Shown here: positions 9,493 through 19,517 of the stretch, one piece after another | Layout of the letters: every line of letters begins with the position of its first letter | How positions within the stretch are numbered: position 1 is the stretch's first letter | NCBI GenBank assembly: GCA_965207075.1 | Contig: CBDBLO010000002.1 | Coordinates: forward strand, 320,001 to 384,000 | Length of the DNA: 64,000 nucleotides | Reading direction: 5' to 3' | DNA from: Nitrosopumilus sp. | GTDB lineage: Archaea; Thermoproteota; Nitrososphaeria; Nitrososphaerales; Nitrosopumilaceae | The notes under the pieces: model-generated | What the model was told of the DNA's origin: nothing | Seen by the model: only the letters and a program-made list of their open reading frames with translations | Databases searched by the model: none | Position numbers and translations under genes: made by a program

Positions 9493-11415
9493 ATGGAAAC
9501 AAGGACGATCGTACATGCCTTCGTACTAACCGTAGCAATTGCGGCGGGATCTATACTAGCAACTGACTTGTACGTAGGCAACGATCTCGGTACAGAGTCT
9601 GCCACTGCCCAGGAAGCGATGGCGCAGCTTGGCTCGCCCTTTGCCCGTGGAGACTACATGAGTTTTGATGTGCCTACTGGTGTAACCGCATCCTTCCCCC
9701 CGTTCCCCCCCTACCCCTTACCCCCATACCCTCCTGGTTATCAGGGTCCTCAATTCCCCTCCGGCTATGATTCCTATAACCATCCGGGTTTCACCATGGA
9801 CAACGGAAACGCCGTCTTTGGCGTGGTCATCCCACACCTTGGGACTTGGATTTACAACACAATATCGCCGAACTTTGCCGAGCCGTCTCTGGCGTTCCGC
9901 TATGTCACGATTATACTGAATGTAGGCTATGATGCCACGGCGCCTTACAGCGAAAATGCAAAGGGCGTCTATTCGCACATAGATAACCGCGACTCATCCG
10001 AGTATACGGATAGCACGAACATGAACACTGCATCAATACAAGCGATGTACCGCCTTGCAATGTCGTTCGACGACAGTGAGAAGGCACGGTGGGATAGAAT
10101 GCTGACTGACAGCGGACTTTCGGTAAGCGACTACAACTATTTTGGTCAGTCTGGTTTTACTTCGTCGACTTGTAGCGATTCGACTCAGCATCTGTCAGGG
10201 CTTTCCAGCGATAGGGCGGCTGTCGCCATCGGCAACATTGCCGCCCAGTGCGTCATAGAAGGACGCGCGAATGATGGCTTTAACCAGGTCTTTAATGGAG
10301 ATACCCGCAATCAGTTCAGGGACAATACCGGTTACACGCCCGTCAACACTGTCGATAACTTGGTGGATCTGTCACGGTGGCAGCCGCTGACATGGGAGAC
10401 AAGCGACGGCTATACAATCACGCAGAAGTACATCACCCCGCAGTGGGCCAACACAGAGCCGTACACCGTTGGGCTAGACCCGCGTGATCACCGCGCGCCT
10501 GTTCCCACAAAAAGCAACTATTACGCAAACCCAGCGGACTACAAGGCGCAGGCAGATGAGGTGTTGAACGCCGTTGCGGCCTTGACCCAAGAACAAAAGA
10601 TGTTAGCCGAGTACTTTGACAACAAGGCTCGCGAGACACTGTTCTTCCCCGCAGTGGAGGCATTGCCAAGAGACGATCTGAAAGGTCTTGTCGCGACCGA
10701 CGCGTGCCCGCCTAGATTTGTTCCGGGACAGGGACTTGTGCCCTATGCCGAGTGTCTGAACACCCGGGACTTTTGGCAGCTGGACTTTATGTTGCACATT
10801 GCGCAGTTTGACGCGGGCATTGTAACGTGGCAGGAAAAGACCCGTCATGACGCCGTGCGACCCATAACGGCAATCCAGTATCTCTATGACGGCCAGAATG
10901 TTGACCATTACACTGGACAGGTCGACGGAGGCGACTGGACACCCTACTTGGTCACGAGCGACCATCCAGAGTATCCCTCTGCCACGACTTGCTTCTGCGC
11001 AGCCCAAGCGGCGGCATGGAAGCTGTACCATAACGACGGCAATCCCAACGGCCCCGATGCCATTCCCGACATCAACGGAAATAATGCACCAGATGACTTG
11101 GCCGGTTTGCTGCTCCCAGGAAGTTCGGTACACGAGCCCGGCAACCCACCCCCTCCCGGTGTATACGTCTCATTTGAAACGTGGAGCGACTACACGGCTG
11201 AGTGCGCCGAGAGCCGCATATATGGCGGCGTGCACTTTAGGGATGCCGTAGACGCATCACTGAACCTCTGTGGCGATGTAGGCGAAAAGGCATACGAGTA
11301 CTTCGATACCCTGCTGGCCGGAACCGCCGACCTCAAGAGGCCTGCCGTGGCACTGTCGCCAGATCCACTGCGTGACCCATCCAACTTCCCTGCTAGGTCA
11401 TTGGTCTGCAGATAG
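9493..11415 (+). CDS. Secreted vanadium-dependent haloperoxidase / PAP2-superfamily protein
   Basis: Signal peptide. Motifs WQEK...RPIT, HPEYPSAT, ESRIYGGVHF. TATA-like TTTTTATA at about 9460-9468. Confidence 0.8.
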   Translation: METRTIVHAFVLTVAIAAGSILATDLYVGNDLGTESATAQEAMAQLGSPFARGDYMSFDVPTGVTASFPPFPPYPLPPYPPGYQGPQFPSGYDSYNHPGFTMDNGNAVFGVVIPHLGTWIYNTISPNFAEPSLAFRYVTIILNVGYDATAPYSENAKGVYSHIDNRDSSEYTDSTNMNTASIQAMYRLAMSFDDSEKARWDRMLTDSGLSVSDYNYFGQSGFTSSTCSDSTQHLSGLSSDRAAVAIGNIAAQCVIEGRANDGFNQVFNGDTRNQFRDNTGYTPVNTVDNLVDLSRWQPLTWETSDGYTITQKYITPQWANTEPYTVGLDPRDHRAPVPTKSNYYANPADYKAQADEVLNAVAALTQEQKMLAEYFDNKARETLFFPAVEALPRDDLKGLVATDACPPRFVPGQGLVPYAECLNTRDFWQLDFMLHIAQFDAGIVTWQEKTRHDAVRPITAIQYLYDGQNVDHYTGQVDGGDWTPYLVTSDHPEYPSATTCFCAAQAAAWKLYHNDGNPNGPDAIPDINGNNAPDDLAGLLLPGSSVHEPGNPPPPGVYVSFETWSDYTAECAESRIYGGVHFRDAVDASLNLCGDVGEKAYEYFDTLLAGTADLKRPAVALSPDPLRDPSNFPARSLVCR

Positions 11416-11959
11416 CCGTCTTTGTTCCCTAGGACCCTTGGTTAGATACTGCTTTCAATTTGCGTGTTCCGGCCCGTCCGCCCCTAATCCGTTTCTATTC
11501 TCCTGCTAAGTGCGTCTGTTCTTGATGCCCCCATACTGTGTGCCTTCAGGTACTCTGCAAGGGACGTTTATTGCCCTTCCCTGCCCGTCCTCGTCACAGC
11601 CGTAAGGGTTCTTCCGCCTGAAGGAGTGGCGCATGACAGCGCGGTCCCCGGTATGTATCGGCGTATCATTGTGATAGCCGCGGACTATATGCAGAAGCGG
11701 AGGCGTGGCTCAAGGGGCACATGCAGGAATGAAATGAGCAGGATCCTCGCCGCCTAGCATGGAAAATGGCGCCCCGCTGACACTGCATGCTCCGACGAAC
11801 AGCTCCGAATGGTTCTGCCACGGACAGCTTGCACGAGGCATACGCGGATCGTCCTGTTCCAACCGGTCATTCGAGTAGGCGCGCATACGAGAGCCTCACG
11901 GGTTGGAGGCAGCACCTTACAGTAACCGATAAATGCACCGCGCATGGGCAAGCCAACAG

Positions 11960-13156
11960 TTGGATCTCGACACCATCACCCAGAACTCCATAATCTACGT
12001 CCTGATTGCGTGGGTTGTCATCGTGGTTGTCGCAAAGGCCGTCCGGCTCGACCGGCACGGGTTCTCGATAACCCCGTACAGCCTCACGTACAAGAACGCG
12101 GGCGTCAACTCGGTGCTCGTGCGGATGCTTGGCCGCACCCGGCGTGGCATACGGGTCTTCGCGGACGTGAGCGTGGTGGCCGGGTTCCTGATGATGGGCT
12201 TTGCGTTCTGGTTCCTGCTAAACAACGTGTCGAACTTTTTTGTGGCGCAGGACGAGTTCGCGGAGCTGACGGTCCTCATACCCGGCGTCACGCTGACGTC
12301 GGCCACGTCCATAATGTACTTTCTCCTGTCCATCCCGATAGTCCTGGTGATACACGAGGGGGCTCACGGCATAGTGGCCGCCCTTGAGAGGATAAAGATC
12401 AAGACGGGCGGGTTTGCCGTATTCATCGCGCTCTTTGCGGGGTTCGTGGAGCCCGACGAGGACGAGTTCAAAAAGGCAAAGCGCGTCTCCAAGCTGCGCG
12501 TCATCGGGGCGGGGGCCACGTCAAACGTCATATTCGCGCTCGCGCTCGGCGCCATACTCCTTACAAACCCGCTGTTTGCCATAGTGCTGCCCGATCCGAT
12601 CCGCGAGGCCTTTTACGAGCAGCCCGAGGGCGTGCTGGTGCTCTCAGTCATCGAGGGGTCCGGCGCCGAAGGGGCCGGGATGCTGTCAGGGGACATAATC
12701 ACCCGGATAAACGGCGCCGAGATAACCACGCCGCTTGACTTTCCGCAGCTGGAGCCCGGGGAGGTGGCCGAGGTGGAGGTGCTGCGCAGCGGCCAGTACG
12801 TGTCGTTTGAGGTCCCGATAACCCCGGCGCCTGACGATCCGGAGAGGGGGCTGGTCGGCATAATGCGCGACAACTCGCTTGCGTACAAGCCGGTGCTGGA
12901 CTTTATCGAGTGGAACGATCCGGCGCTCTCGATGTTCCTGCTGTGGCTGTGGATGATATCGTTCTTCATCGGGATAATCAACATGCTGCCCCTTCCGATC
13001 CTTGACGGCGGCAAGTTCATCCACAGTATACTTGATGAGAGGATATCCGAGCGGGCGCTCACCGTGGTAATGATCGGGACGTACGCGTTCACGTTCGTGC
13101 TGTTCGTGCTGAACATAGCGCTGTCCTATTTAAAGTCCGGATGGTTTACGATATGA
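11960..13156 (+). CDS. Site-2 protease (M50) with PDZ domain
   Basis: HEGAH zinc motif, NMLPLPILDGG motif, central PDZ (GDIITRING). TTG start at 11960 inferred. Confidence 0.93.
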   Translation: MDLDTITQNSIIYVLIAWVVIVVVAKAVRLDRHGFSITPYSLTYKNAGVNSVLVRMLGRTRRGIRVFADVSVVAGFLMMGFAFWFLLNNVSNFFVAQDEFAELTVLIPGVTLTSATSIMYFLLSIPIVLVIHEGAHGIVAALERIKIKTGGFAVFIALFAGFVEPDEDEFKKAKRVSKLRVIGAGATSNVIFALALGAILLTNPLFAIVLPDPIREAFYEQPEGVLVLSVIEGSGAEGAGMLSGDIITRINGAEITTPLDFPQLEPGEVAEVEVLRSGQYVSFEVPITPAPDDPERGLVGIMRDNSLAYKPVLDFIEWNDPALSMFLLWLWMISFFIGIINMLPLPILDGGKFIHSILDERISERALTVVMIGTYAFTFVLFVLNIALSYLKSGWFTI

Positions 13157-14268
13157 GCTCCCCGGCCACCCTGCAGGCCGGCGGCGGCCCGGGCGCCGGC
13201 GTAGCGCCGGGGACGTGCGACCGGTGCGGCACCGGGCGCGCCGCATACACGCGCAAGTACTCCGGGCAGTCCCTGTGCACCAAATGCTTTAGGCGCTCGA
13301 TATCAAGAAAGGCCGCAAAGACCGTCTCCAAGTATGGCATGATCAGGGACGGGGACAGGGTGGCAGTCGCGGTATCCGGCGGCAAGGACTCGCTTGCACT
13401 GCTGCAGATAATGCACGAGATGTCGCAGGGGCACAACTTTGAAATCGACGTCATAACCATAGACGAGGGGATCCCCGGATACAGGGACGAGGCGCTCGGG
13501 ATAGTCTCCGACGTGTGCGGCTCGCTGGGGGTGGGGCACAGGGTGTACGCGTACAAGGATCTCTTCGAGGTGTCCCTTGACGAGGCGCTCGGCCTGAGGC
13601 AGCGGCCGCAGAACCAACAGCAGGGAACCCGGGGAATGTCGTCGTGCTCCATATGCGGCACGCTCAGGCGCAGGGCCATAGACATCGCCGCGGCCGACGT
13701 GGGCGCCGACGCGGTCGCGACGGGGCACAACCTTGACGACATGCTGCAGACGTTTCTCATCAACATGCTGTCCGGCGACACCGACAAGATCGCGTGGATG
13801 GGTCCCGGCGGCGCGACGGGGGCGGCGGCCGATGCCGGCGCAAGCCCCCGGAGGATAAAGCCGTTCTGCGAGATCTACGAGTCGGAGATAGTATTCTATG
13901 CGTTTGCAAGCGGGCTCCCGTTCCAGCAGGAGCCGTGCCCCCACATGAACGAGGGGATAAGGACCGAGATACGCGAGTTCCTAAACTCGCTGGAGTCTGA
14001 ACGGAGCGGCATAAAGAACAGCATGTACGCGTCGGTTCTCCGAATCGTGCAGATGGCCCACGGGCGCGGCGCGGCGCCCGGGCCCCGGGAGGCCGGCGGG
14101 CCGGACGGCGCCGCTGACACTCCTGCCGCCACCATCCCCGCCCCCCCGGAATCCGCCGGCAAGCGGCGCTCTTCGTGCCCGCGGTGCGGCGCCAGCTGCA
14201 CGGGGGGAGACAGCGGAATATGCTCCGTGTGCGAGACGATGGCCAGGCTGGGTCGCATCCGCCGCTAG
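13153..14268 (+). CDS. tRNA 2-thiolation protein, TtuA/NcsA (TIGR00269) family
   Basis: N- and C-terminal Zn fingers, PP-loop SGGKDS, CSICGTLRR, TGHNLDD, CPH. Confidence 0.9.
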   Translation: MSSPATLQAGGGPGAGVAPGTCDRCGTGRAAYTRKYSGQSLCTKCFRRSISRKAAKTVSKYGMIRDGDRVAVAVSGGKDSLALLQIMHEMSQGHNFEIDVITIDEGIPGYRDEALGIVSDVCGSLGVGHRVYAYKDLFEVSLDEALGLRQRPQNQQQGTRGMSSCSICGTLRRRAIDIAAADVGADAVATGHNLDDMLQTFLINMLSGDTDKIAWMGPGGATGAAADAGASPRRIKPFCEIYESEIVFYAFASGLPFQQEPCPHMNEGIRTEIREFLNSLESERSGIKNSMYASVLRIVQMAHGRGAAPGPREAGGPDGAADTPAATIPAPPESAGKRRSSCPRCGASCTGGDSGICSVCETMARLGRIRR

Positions 14269-14328
14269 CAGACATCCCGCCCGCCCCGCGATCTTAATGC
14301 AAATATAGCACTTCGGCCACCATACGTT

Positions 14329-14644
14329 GGTAGCAGGGAGGATTGGGGTGCCAGCCGTGCCCCGTTCTGAAACCGGCTATACGCAGAGATCAGTAACTGC
14401 TGGGTAAATCTCCAGATGGGCGGTTCCCGCTTGGCGTGCGGAAATGAAATCACGCCGGGGCGGGTGGTTGCAAGGCTGGAACTGTTCGAAGGGACGGCTT
14501 CCAAGCCTGAGCCACCGAAAGGGACTAGGTCCGGGAGGGAGCAATCCTAAGGTGGAGCTTCCACGCTTCCCCGTCAACGTGGCGGATCTTGTACGCCTCG
14601 AGATGGGGCCGCCTGTCTGGACTGGAGCCGGCAGGGCTGCTACC
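14329..14644 (+). ncRNA. ffs: Archaeal signal recognition particle (7S) RNA
   Basis: 316 nt bounded by complementary ends GGTAGCAG...CTGCTACC (helix 1). Helix-8 signature AGGTCCGGGAGGGAGCAATCCT. TATA-like AAATATA about 25 nt upstream. Confidence 0.9.
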
Positions 14645-14674
14645 TTAATTAAAACCGCACGCGCAGCGCGGAGC

Positions 14675-15025
14675 ATGGACATGATGCCTTCGGGAGGGGG
14701 AGCAGATTCCCGCAGCTATGACGGGTTTGAGAAAAGCCAGCTGCCAGCTGAGATGCGCCCGGCGTTTGGCGCGCTCCGGCAGTTCTGCATGTCGCTTGGC
14801 GGCAACGTGATAGAGGATGTCAGGCCCCACCGCGTCGTATTCTGCAAGTCCATGAACACCAGGTGGTTTGCAGACGCCAAGCCCTCCGATGACGACCCCG
14901 GAGTGGTCATAATCAAGATACGCACCGGATGGCGGGATCCGATACGGATGGTTCGGATGGACCGGGGCGGCCCCTCCAGGGAGATCAGGGACGCGATTGC
15001 GGCCGCGTACGGTTCGGTGCGCTGA
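14675..15025 (+). CDS. Conserved hypothetical protein (DUF5655-like)
   Basis: ATG downstream of SRP RNA and TTAATTAAAA. 'LRQFCMSLGGNVIEDVRPHRVVF' resembles DUF5655-type proteins. Confidence 0.6.
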   Translation: MDMMPSGGGADSRSYDGFEKSQLPAEMRPAFGALRQFCMSLGGNVIEDVRPHRVVFCKSMNTRWFADAKPSDDDPGVVIIKIRTGWRDPIRMVRMDRGGPSREIRDAIAAAYGSVR

Positions 15026-15085
15026 CCGCGCGTCCGCGCGGCACCGGTTCCTGCGTGTGTCGGCACCACGCCGCGGCCCCGCCCG

Positions 15086-15367
15086 TCACGGGTACCTTAC
15101 GTCAAATGACTGGAACTCGCCGAGCGCCTCCTCGTTGCGGATCTCCACGTCTTCCACCCTGGCGTTTGCCGGCCCCGCATGCGCCCACTCTATGACGCGG
15201 CCGAGCGCCTCCTCGTCCCCCTCAAGAACGGCCTCTACGCGGCCGTCCTTGAGGTTCCTGACCCATCCAAGTATGTTGTTCTTCTTTGCCGTTACCTTGA
15301 GCGCCTGGCGGAAAAAGACGCCCTGCACGCGGCCCGTGACAAAGATTCGAACCCGGCGGTCTGCCAT
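15086..15367 (-). CDS. acyP: Acylphosphatase
   Basis: VTGRVQGVFFR and GWVRNLKDGRVE signatures. Confidence 0.95.
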   Translation of the reverse strand: MADRRVRIFVTGRVQGVFFRQALKVTAKKNNILGWVRNLKDGRVEAVLEGDEEALGRVIEWAHAGPANARVEDVEIRNEEALGEFQSFDVRYP

Positions 15368-15485
15368 TCTGTACGGCCGTCGGACTGACCATTAATCAGT
15401 TTTGACATTGTGTCTGCGATGGGTGCGGCACAACGTAATACCACGGGCCGAGCCGCCAACTGCAGCCGTTGCCATGCCGCGGCTG

Positions 15486-16220
15486 CTAACGCCTCTCCTT
15501 GATCCTGGCCCTTCCGGTCTTTCTTGCGGCAATGCTTCCGACCTTTGCCCCCGGGGGCGCGTCTCTGGATACGGTGGAGCTCTGCCCCACGTGCTGGTGC
15601 CTTCCGCCCCCGTGCGGGTGCACGTACGCGGCCTGGGCCACTCCGCGGACTATGGGGTACTTCTTGCCCTTTGACCTGAACTTTCGCCACTTGCCGCCGG
15701 CGCTCATGAACGGCCTCTCGCTCACGCCGCCCCCTGCCAGCGTCCCGATCATGGCGCGGTTCTTTGGGTTCAGCGTGGTGAACTTGCCGGAGGGAAGCTT
15801 GACCGTCACGCCCTCGTCGCCGTGGGAGAATATCGTCGCGTTCGTGCCGGCCGACTTTACAATCGCGCCGCCGTCGCCGTAGTGCTTTTCTATGTTGCAC
15901 ACCACGGTGCCGTCCGGTATGTTCTGGACGCTGATCACGTTGCCTTCCGCAATGTCCGACTTTAGCCCGAACTGCACCATGGAGCCCACCTTGGTGCCCA
16001 GCACGGCCGGCACGAACGATACCGAACCGTCGCCGAACCTTATCTTGGAGAGCGGCGCGTCGCGGCCGCGCTCGTGGACCAGGTCAATGACCCTGCCTTC
16101 CAGCTGGTCGCCGAGCTTGAACCTTGGGTAGATTGCCCTTGCGCCCACCTTGCCGGTAAAGGAAGCCCTGAACTGGTTTCCCCCCCTGCCTCTTCTCCTT
16201 ACAAGTGGCCTCTTACCCAT
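15486..16220 (-). CDS. rpl2: 50S ribosomal protein L2
   Basis: MGKRPLVRRRGRG start, HERGRDAP, VRGVAQ..HPHGGG, PPGAKVGSIAARKTGR. Confidence 0.97.
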   Translation of the reverse strand: MGKRPLVRRRGRGGNQFRASFTGKVGARAIYPRFKLGDQLEGRVIDLVHERGRDAPLSKIRFGDGSVSFVPAVLGTKVGSMVQFGLKSDIAEGNVISVQNIPDGTVVCNIEKHYGDGGAIVKSAGTNATIFSHGDEGVTVKLPSGKFTTLNPKNRAMIGTLAGGGVSERPFMSAGGKWRKFRSKGKKYPIVRGVAQAAYVHPHGGGRHQHVGQSSTVSRDAPPGAKVGSIAARKTGRARIKERR

Positions 16221-16290
16221 TGTGATCGTGTCGGCTGGAGGACGGGATTTTAAGCTTTTGTTTATAATGCATGGCGTGCAAGCGACTGGC

Positions 16291-16698
16291 ATGGTAGCAG
16301 GAGCAGAGGCAGGAGCAGAAACGGCACCGGCAACCGAACCCGCGATAATAGTCTCGACATATCCGGACAAAGCGGCTGCAGCCGGCGCCGCAGCAGCTCT
16401 TGTGGGGTCCGGACTTGCGGCATGCGTGAACATATCTGAGATATCCTCGTTCTATTCGTGGGAGGGCAAGATGGTAGAGGACGAGCGCGAACACATCGCC
16501 ATATTCAAGACCACGTCGGACAGAAAGGAGGAGCTAAAGGAGAGGATAGGCACGACGCACCCGTACGACGTTCCGGAGATTGCAGAGATCGCCGTGTCTG
16601 ACATCAACGAGCCGTACATGCGCTGGCTTGCCGCCTCGACCAGTTCCCCCACCGCTGCCGCCACCGCCTCTGATGGCGGCCGAGGCAACGGCCCGTGA
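16291..16698 (+). CDS. cutA: Divalent-cation tolerance protein CutA
   Basis: LAACVN, SFYSWEG, HPYDVPEI, YMRWL. Confidence 0.92.
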   Translation: MVAGAEAGAETAPATEPAIIVSTYPDKAAAAGAAAALVGSGLAACVNISEISSFYSWEGKMVEDEREHIAIFKTTSDRKEELKERIGTTHPYDVPEIAEIAVSDINEPYMRWLAASTSSPTAAATASDGGRGNGP

Positions 16699-16777
16699 CG
16701 GCGATCGGTCTCTGACACTCGCGCCCGCACCATGTGATGCCGTAGATGATGGGAGAAAAGGCAGAGAGACGCCGCCG

Positions 16778-17902
16778 TCATTCCACCGCGTATCTTAGCA
16801 GCGCCACTATGCCGCCAAGCCCCGCCGCGCGCAGCCCTATGTCCGTCGACGAGTCCACTCCGTACACGTCGGCCCCGGACTCCTCGGCCATATTGAGAAG
16901 GTCCACCACCTTCTGCTCGTCACCGTACTGCTGCAGGGCCCCGTCGGCAAATATCAGCGAGTCTACTGCGCCCATCCTGGCCGCAGCTAGGGTCTCCTCG
17001 TACCCCATTGCATACCTTGGAACCTTCTTGTGCGCGTGCCCGATGATCCTGTCAAGTATGCCCGAGACGAGCGCCAGCTTGCTGCTTGAGATGGCCTCGC
17101 GCATAGCCTCCGACTTTGCAAATACGTGTATTCCGTCCTCGCCTCCGGAGTCTATCCCCTCCACCATTATAATCTCGTATCCGGGACGCCCCCCCCTTGG
17201 CTGCCGGCCGCCGATGTAGTTTGCAAACCTCTTCTTCGTGTTTCCGGGGCCGAACAGTATCAGGGTTCTGGATTCCTGCCCTCCGACTCCGCGCGCCGCC
17301 TCCTTTGCAACGGCGTCTATGGCCGACGCAACCTGGCCGAAAAAATCCTCCATGTTGTGGCTCGTCTTGTAGCGCTTGCCGCCCCTGCCAGAGTACATGT
17401 TGGGCGAGACGTCAAGGTGCGTGCCCCTTAGGAGCGCCACCCCGCAGTCGGCGGTGTCCATTGCGACCAGGATGAATGTCGAGTTGCCGCCCTTCCCGCC
17501 GCCGCCCTTGAGTATCCTGCGTTCCGTCCTGGCCCATCCGCCCTTCCCGCCTCCGGCCCTCTGGACTCTCTTTGAGATGGTGATGGCGTCGCCGGCCGCT
17601 ACCGTCATGGAGTGGTGCGTCCCGTGCGGGACAGAGTCGTTGTTTGACTCGTGCACGGTCCCACCTATCCTCAGCCTCTCAATCGTGCCGTCAAGCGAGA
17701 TCTTTTCTGCCATAATCGTGACCGTGATCCTGACGCGCTCGCCGCGGTCGGGCCTCGAGTAATCCCTGTCGCGCTTTAGCACCCGGGTCGTGGAACCCGT
17801 TATCATGTCGCCGCGCTTGATCACGCGGCGCAGCGCAAGCAGGTCGTCGGCGTCCTCCGCGATTGCGGAGAGTGCAGACTCGTCCTTTCTCTTGACTATC
17901 AT
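16778..17902 (-). CDS. pelA: mRNA surveillance protein Pelota
   Basis: DDLLALRRVI, RLRIGG, GTHHS, GPGNTK, LGGIVALLRY. Confidence 0.92.
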   Translation of the reverse strand: MIVKRKDESALSAIAEDADDLLALRRVIKRGDMITGSTTRVLKRDRDYSRPDRGERVRITVTIMAEKISLDGTIERLRIGGTVHESNNDSVPHGTHHSMTVAAGDAITISKRVQRAGGGKGGWARTERRILKGGGGKGGNSTFILVAMDTADCGVALLRGTHLDVSPNMYSGRGGKRYKTSHNMEDFFGQVASAIDAVAKEAARGVGGQESRTLILFGPGNTKKRFANYIGGRQPRGGRPGYEIIMVEGIDSGGEDGIHVFAKSEAMREAISSSKLALVSGILDRIIGHAHKKVPRYAMGYEETLAAARMGAVDSLIFADGALQQYGDEQKVVDLLNMAEESGADVYGVDSSTDIGLRAAGLGGIVALLRYAVE

Positions 17903-17992
17903 GGCTTGCGTCCCTGATGACAATGCCCGTGTCTGATAATAACGGTATTGCGTCGGAGCATGCTGTGCATGGACGCCTGCAGCATCGCCTTG

Positions 17993-18430
17993 CTATGGTG
18001 TATCGGCCGGGCCTGAGGCTGCCGCCGCCGCATCGCTGCCGTCACCCGTCTTCTCCCTGAGGTAGTCTTTCAGCCAGTCCATGGTTATCACGCCGGACTC
18101 CGAGAGGTTGGCCAGGGAGTTTGATGACGCCTCCCCGGTGACCTTGCCGTTGAACCGCCTCAGCTGGCGCCACTTGAGGTCGGTGTTTCCGCTCTTTGAC
18201 TTGTAGATGATGCCCAGCACGTCCCTTGCGTTCACGAACGTTACGTCCCTGAGTTTTTTTAGCGTGACCTTGTCCGCCGCCTCCACGTATATCTCGCCGC
18301 TTGACTCGCCGCGCTCGGCAAATATCTCGTGATCGTCAAGATAGCTTCTCGGCGCGTACGACCTGCACGTGCTGAATATGACGAATTTTCTGAAACTCTC
18401 AAGCGATGCCGGCGTCTCTATCCGAACCAA
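17993..18430 (-). CDS. Conserved hypothetical protein
   Basis: 145-aa ORF with host-like codon usage and globular composition, co-oriented with pelota. No family recognised. Confidence 0.7.
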   Translation of the reverse strand: MVRIETPASLESFRKFVIFSTCRSYAPRSYLDDHEIFAERGESSGEIYVEAADKVTLKKLRDVTFVNARDVLGIIYKSKSGNTDLKWRQLRRFNGKVTGEASSNSLANLSESGVITMDWLKDYLREKTGDGSDAAAAASGPADTP

Positions 18431-18735
18431 TTTGCAGGACTGGAAGCTGGCCCTTTTATCAAGCTTTTTTCAGGGCCACGCCGGCCCCGCTCCCCGCAGC
18501 CTGGCCCGCACGGTGCCGCATGCCGAGCGGTCCGCACCCGCGGCGGCGGGCCCCGGCGCGCTTCTTCTGCCTCCTCCCCGCATTGAAAGGTTAATCAGTT
18601 CGCGCGCGGCAGGCACAGTGCAGGCAGTGACGAATCTATCCCTCTGATTCCCGGCCGACGGCCGCGGAAGGATGATGACGATCTTGAGTTCGGAGTCCTG
18701 CCATACTTTTAATGGGAGCGCCGCGCCGCGCGGCC

Positions 18736-19158
18736 GTGAAGTCCCTTACGGAGCATCTCACCTTTGAGACCCCGACGCGCGTGGCGTTTGTAAACATCAC
18801 GCCGCAGGTCGAGTCGCTGGTCGCAAAGAGCGGGGTGCAGGAGGGGCTCTGCCTTGTCAACGCGATGCACATCACCGCCAGCGTCTACATAAACGACAAC
18901 GAGGACGGGCTGCTGGGCGACTATGAGAAGTGGCTCGAGGGGCTGGCCCCGCACGGGCCCGTGGAGCGATACGCGCACAACTCCGGGACGGGGGAGGACA
19001 ATGCCGACGCGCACATGAAGCGCCAGGTTATGGGACGAGAGGTGGTGGTGGCGATCACCGGAAACAAGCTGGACTTTGGGCCGTGGGAGCAGATCTTTTA
19101 CGGGGAGTTTGACGGGAGGCGCAAAAAGCGCGTGCTTGTCAAGATAATCGGGCAGTAG
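18736..19158 (+). CDS. yjbQ: YjbQ/UPF0047 family (secondary thiamine-phosphate synthase) protein
   Basis: [32 protein letters not shown]. Confidence 0.92.
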   Translation: MKSLTEHLTFETPTRVAFVNITPQVESLVAKSGVQEGLCLVNAMHITASVYINDNEDGLLGDYEKWLEGLAPHGPVERYAHNSGTGEDNADAHMKRQVMGREVVVAITGNKLDFGPWEQIFYGEFDGRRKKRVLVKIIGQ

Positions 19159-19323
19159 TCACCCAAAGTCCGCGTCGCGCTTTTGGCTCTGGGACTCGTT
19201 CTTTCTTGCAGAGGCCCTGAACTCGTCGTCGTGGTTCTGCGGCCCGTGCCCGCACTTCATACACGCAATCTTAAACCCGTCCTCGCTCTTCTCGTACGTC
19301 TCGCAGCCGCAAAAGCACGCCAT
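19159..19323 (-). CDS. Small Cys/His-rich (putative Zn-finger) protein, 54 aa, absent from the ORF track
   Basis: Manual translation MACFCGCETYEKSEDGFKIACMKCGHGPQNHDDEFRASARKNESQSQKRDADFG*. TATA-like ATATAA about 25 nt upstream on the minus strand. Confidence 0.7.
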   Translation of the reverse strand: MACFCGCETYEKSEDGFKIACMKCGHGPQNHDDEFRASARKNESQSQKRDADFG

Positions 19324-19517
19324 AAACGGGCGCCCCTCTGTATCGTTATATCTCTTGTTTTATGGTGTGGCGGTGGCGGCGGCCACGGCGGTGGCGGCGG
19401 CGCAACCTGCAAACGCCGCGGCTCTGGGAGCTGCACCTCTCCTCCCCCCCAATGAGAAGCATGCATGCTCTTGCAGGCCGCAGCGCGGCTGCGGCACGGC
19501 AGTCGGCCGGGCAGGTG

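Noticed and set aside
11416-11959. Possible ncRNA or small gene after the haloperoxidase
   Set aside because: No tRNA cloverleaf, riboswitch or coding signature recognisable by eye. An Rfam/Infernal scan would be needed.
14329-14644. RNase P RNA interpretation
   Set aside because: It lacks the GAGGAAAGUCC and ACAGAA universal motifs and has the SRP helix-8 signature instead.
14444-14674. N-terminal part of the 193-aa ORF 14444..15025
   Set aside because: It overlaps the SRP RNA. The real start is more likely ATG 14675.
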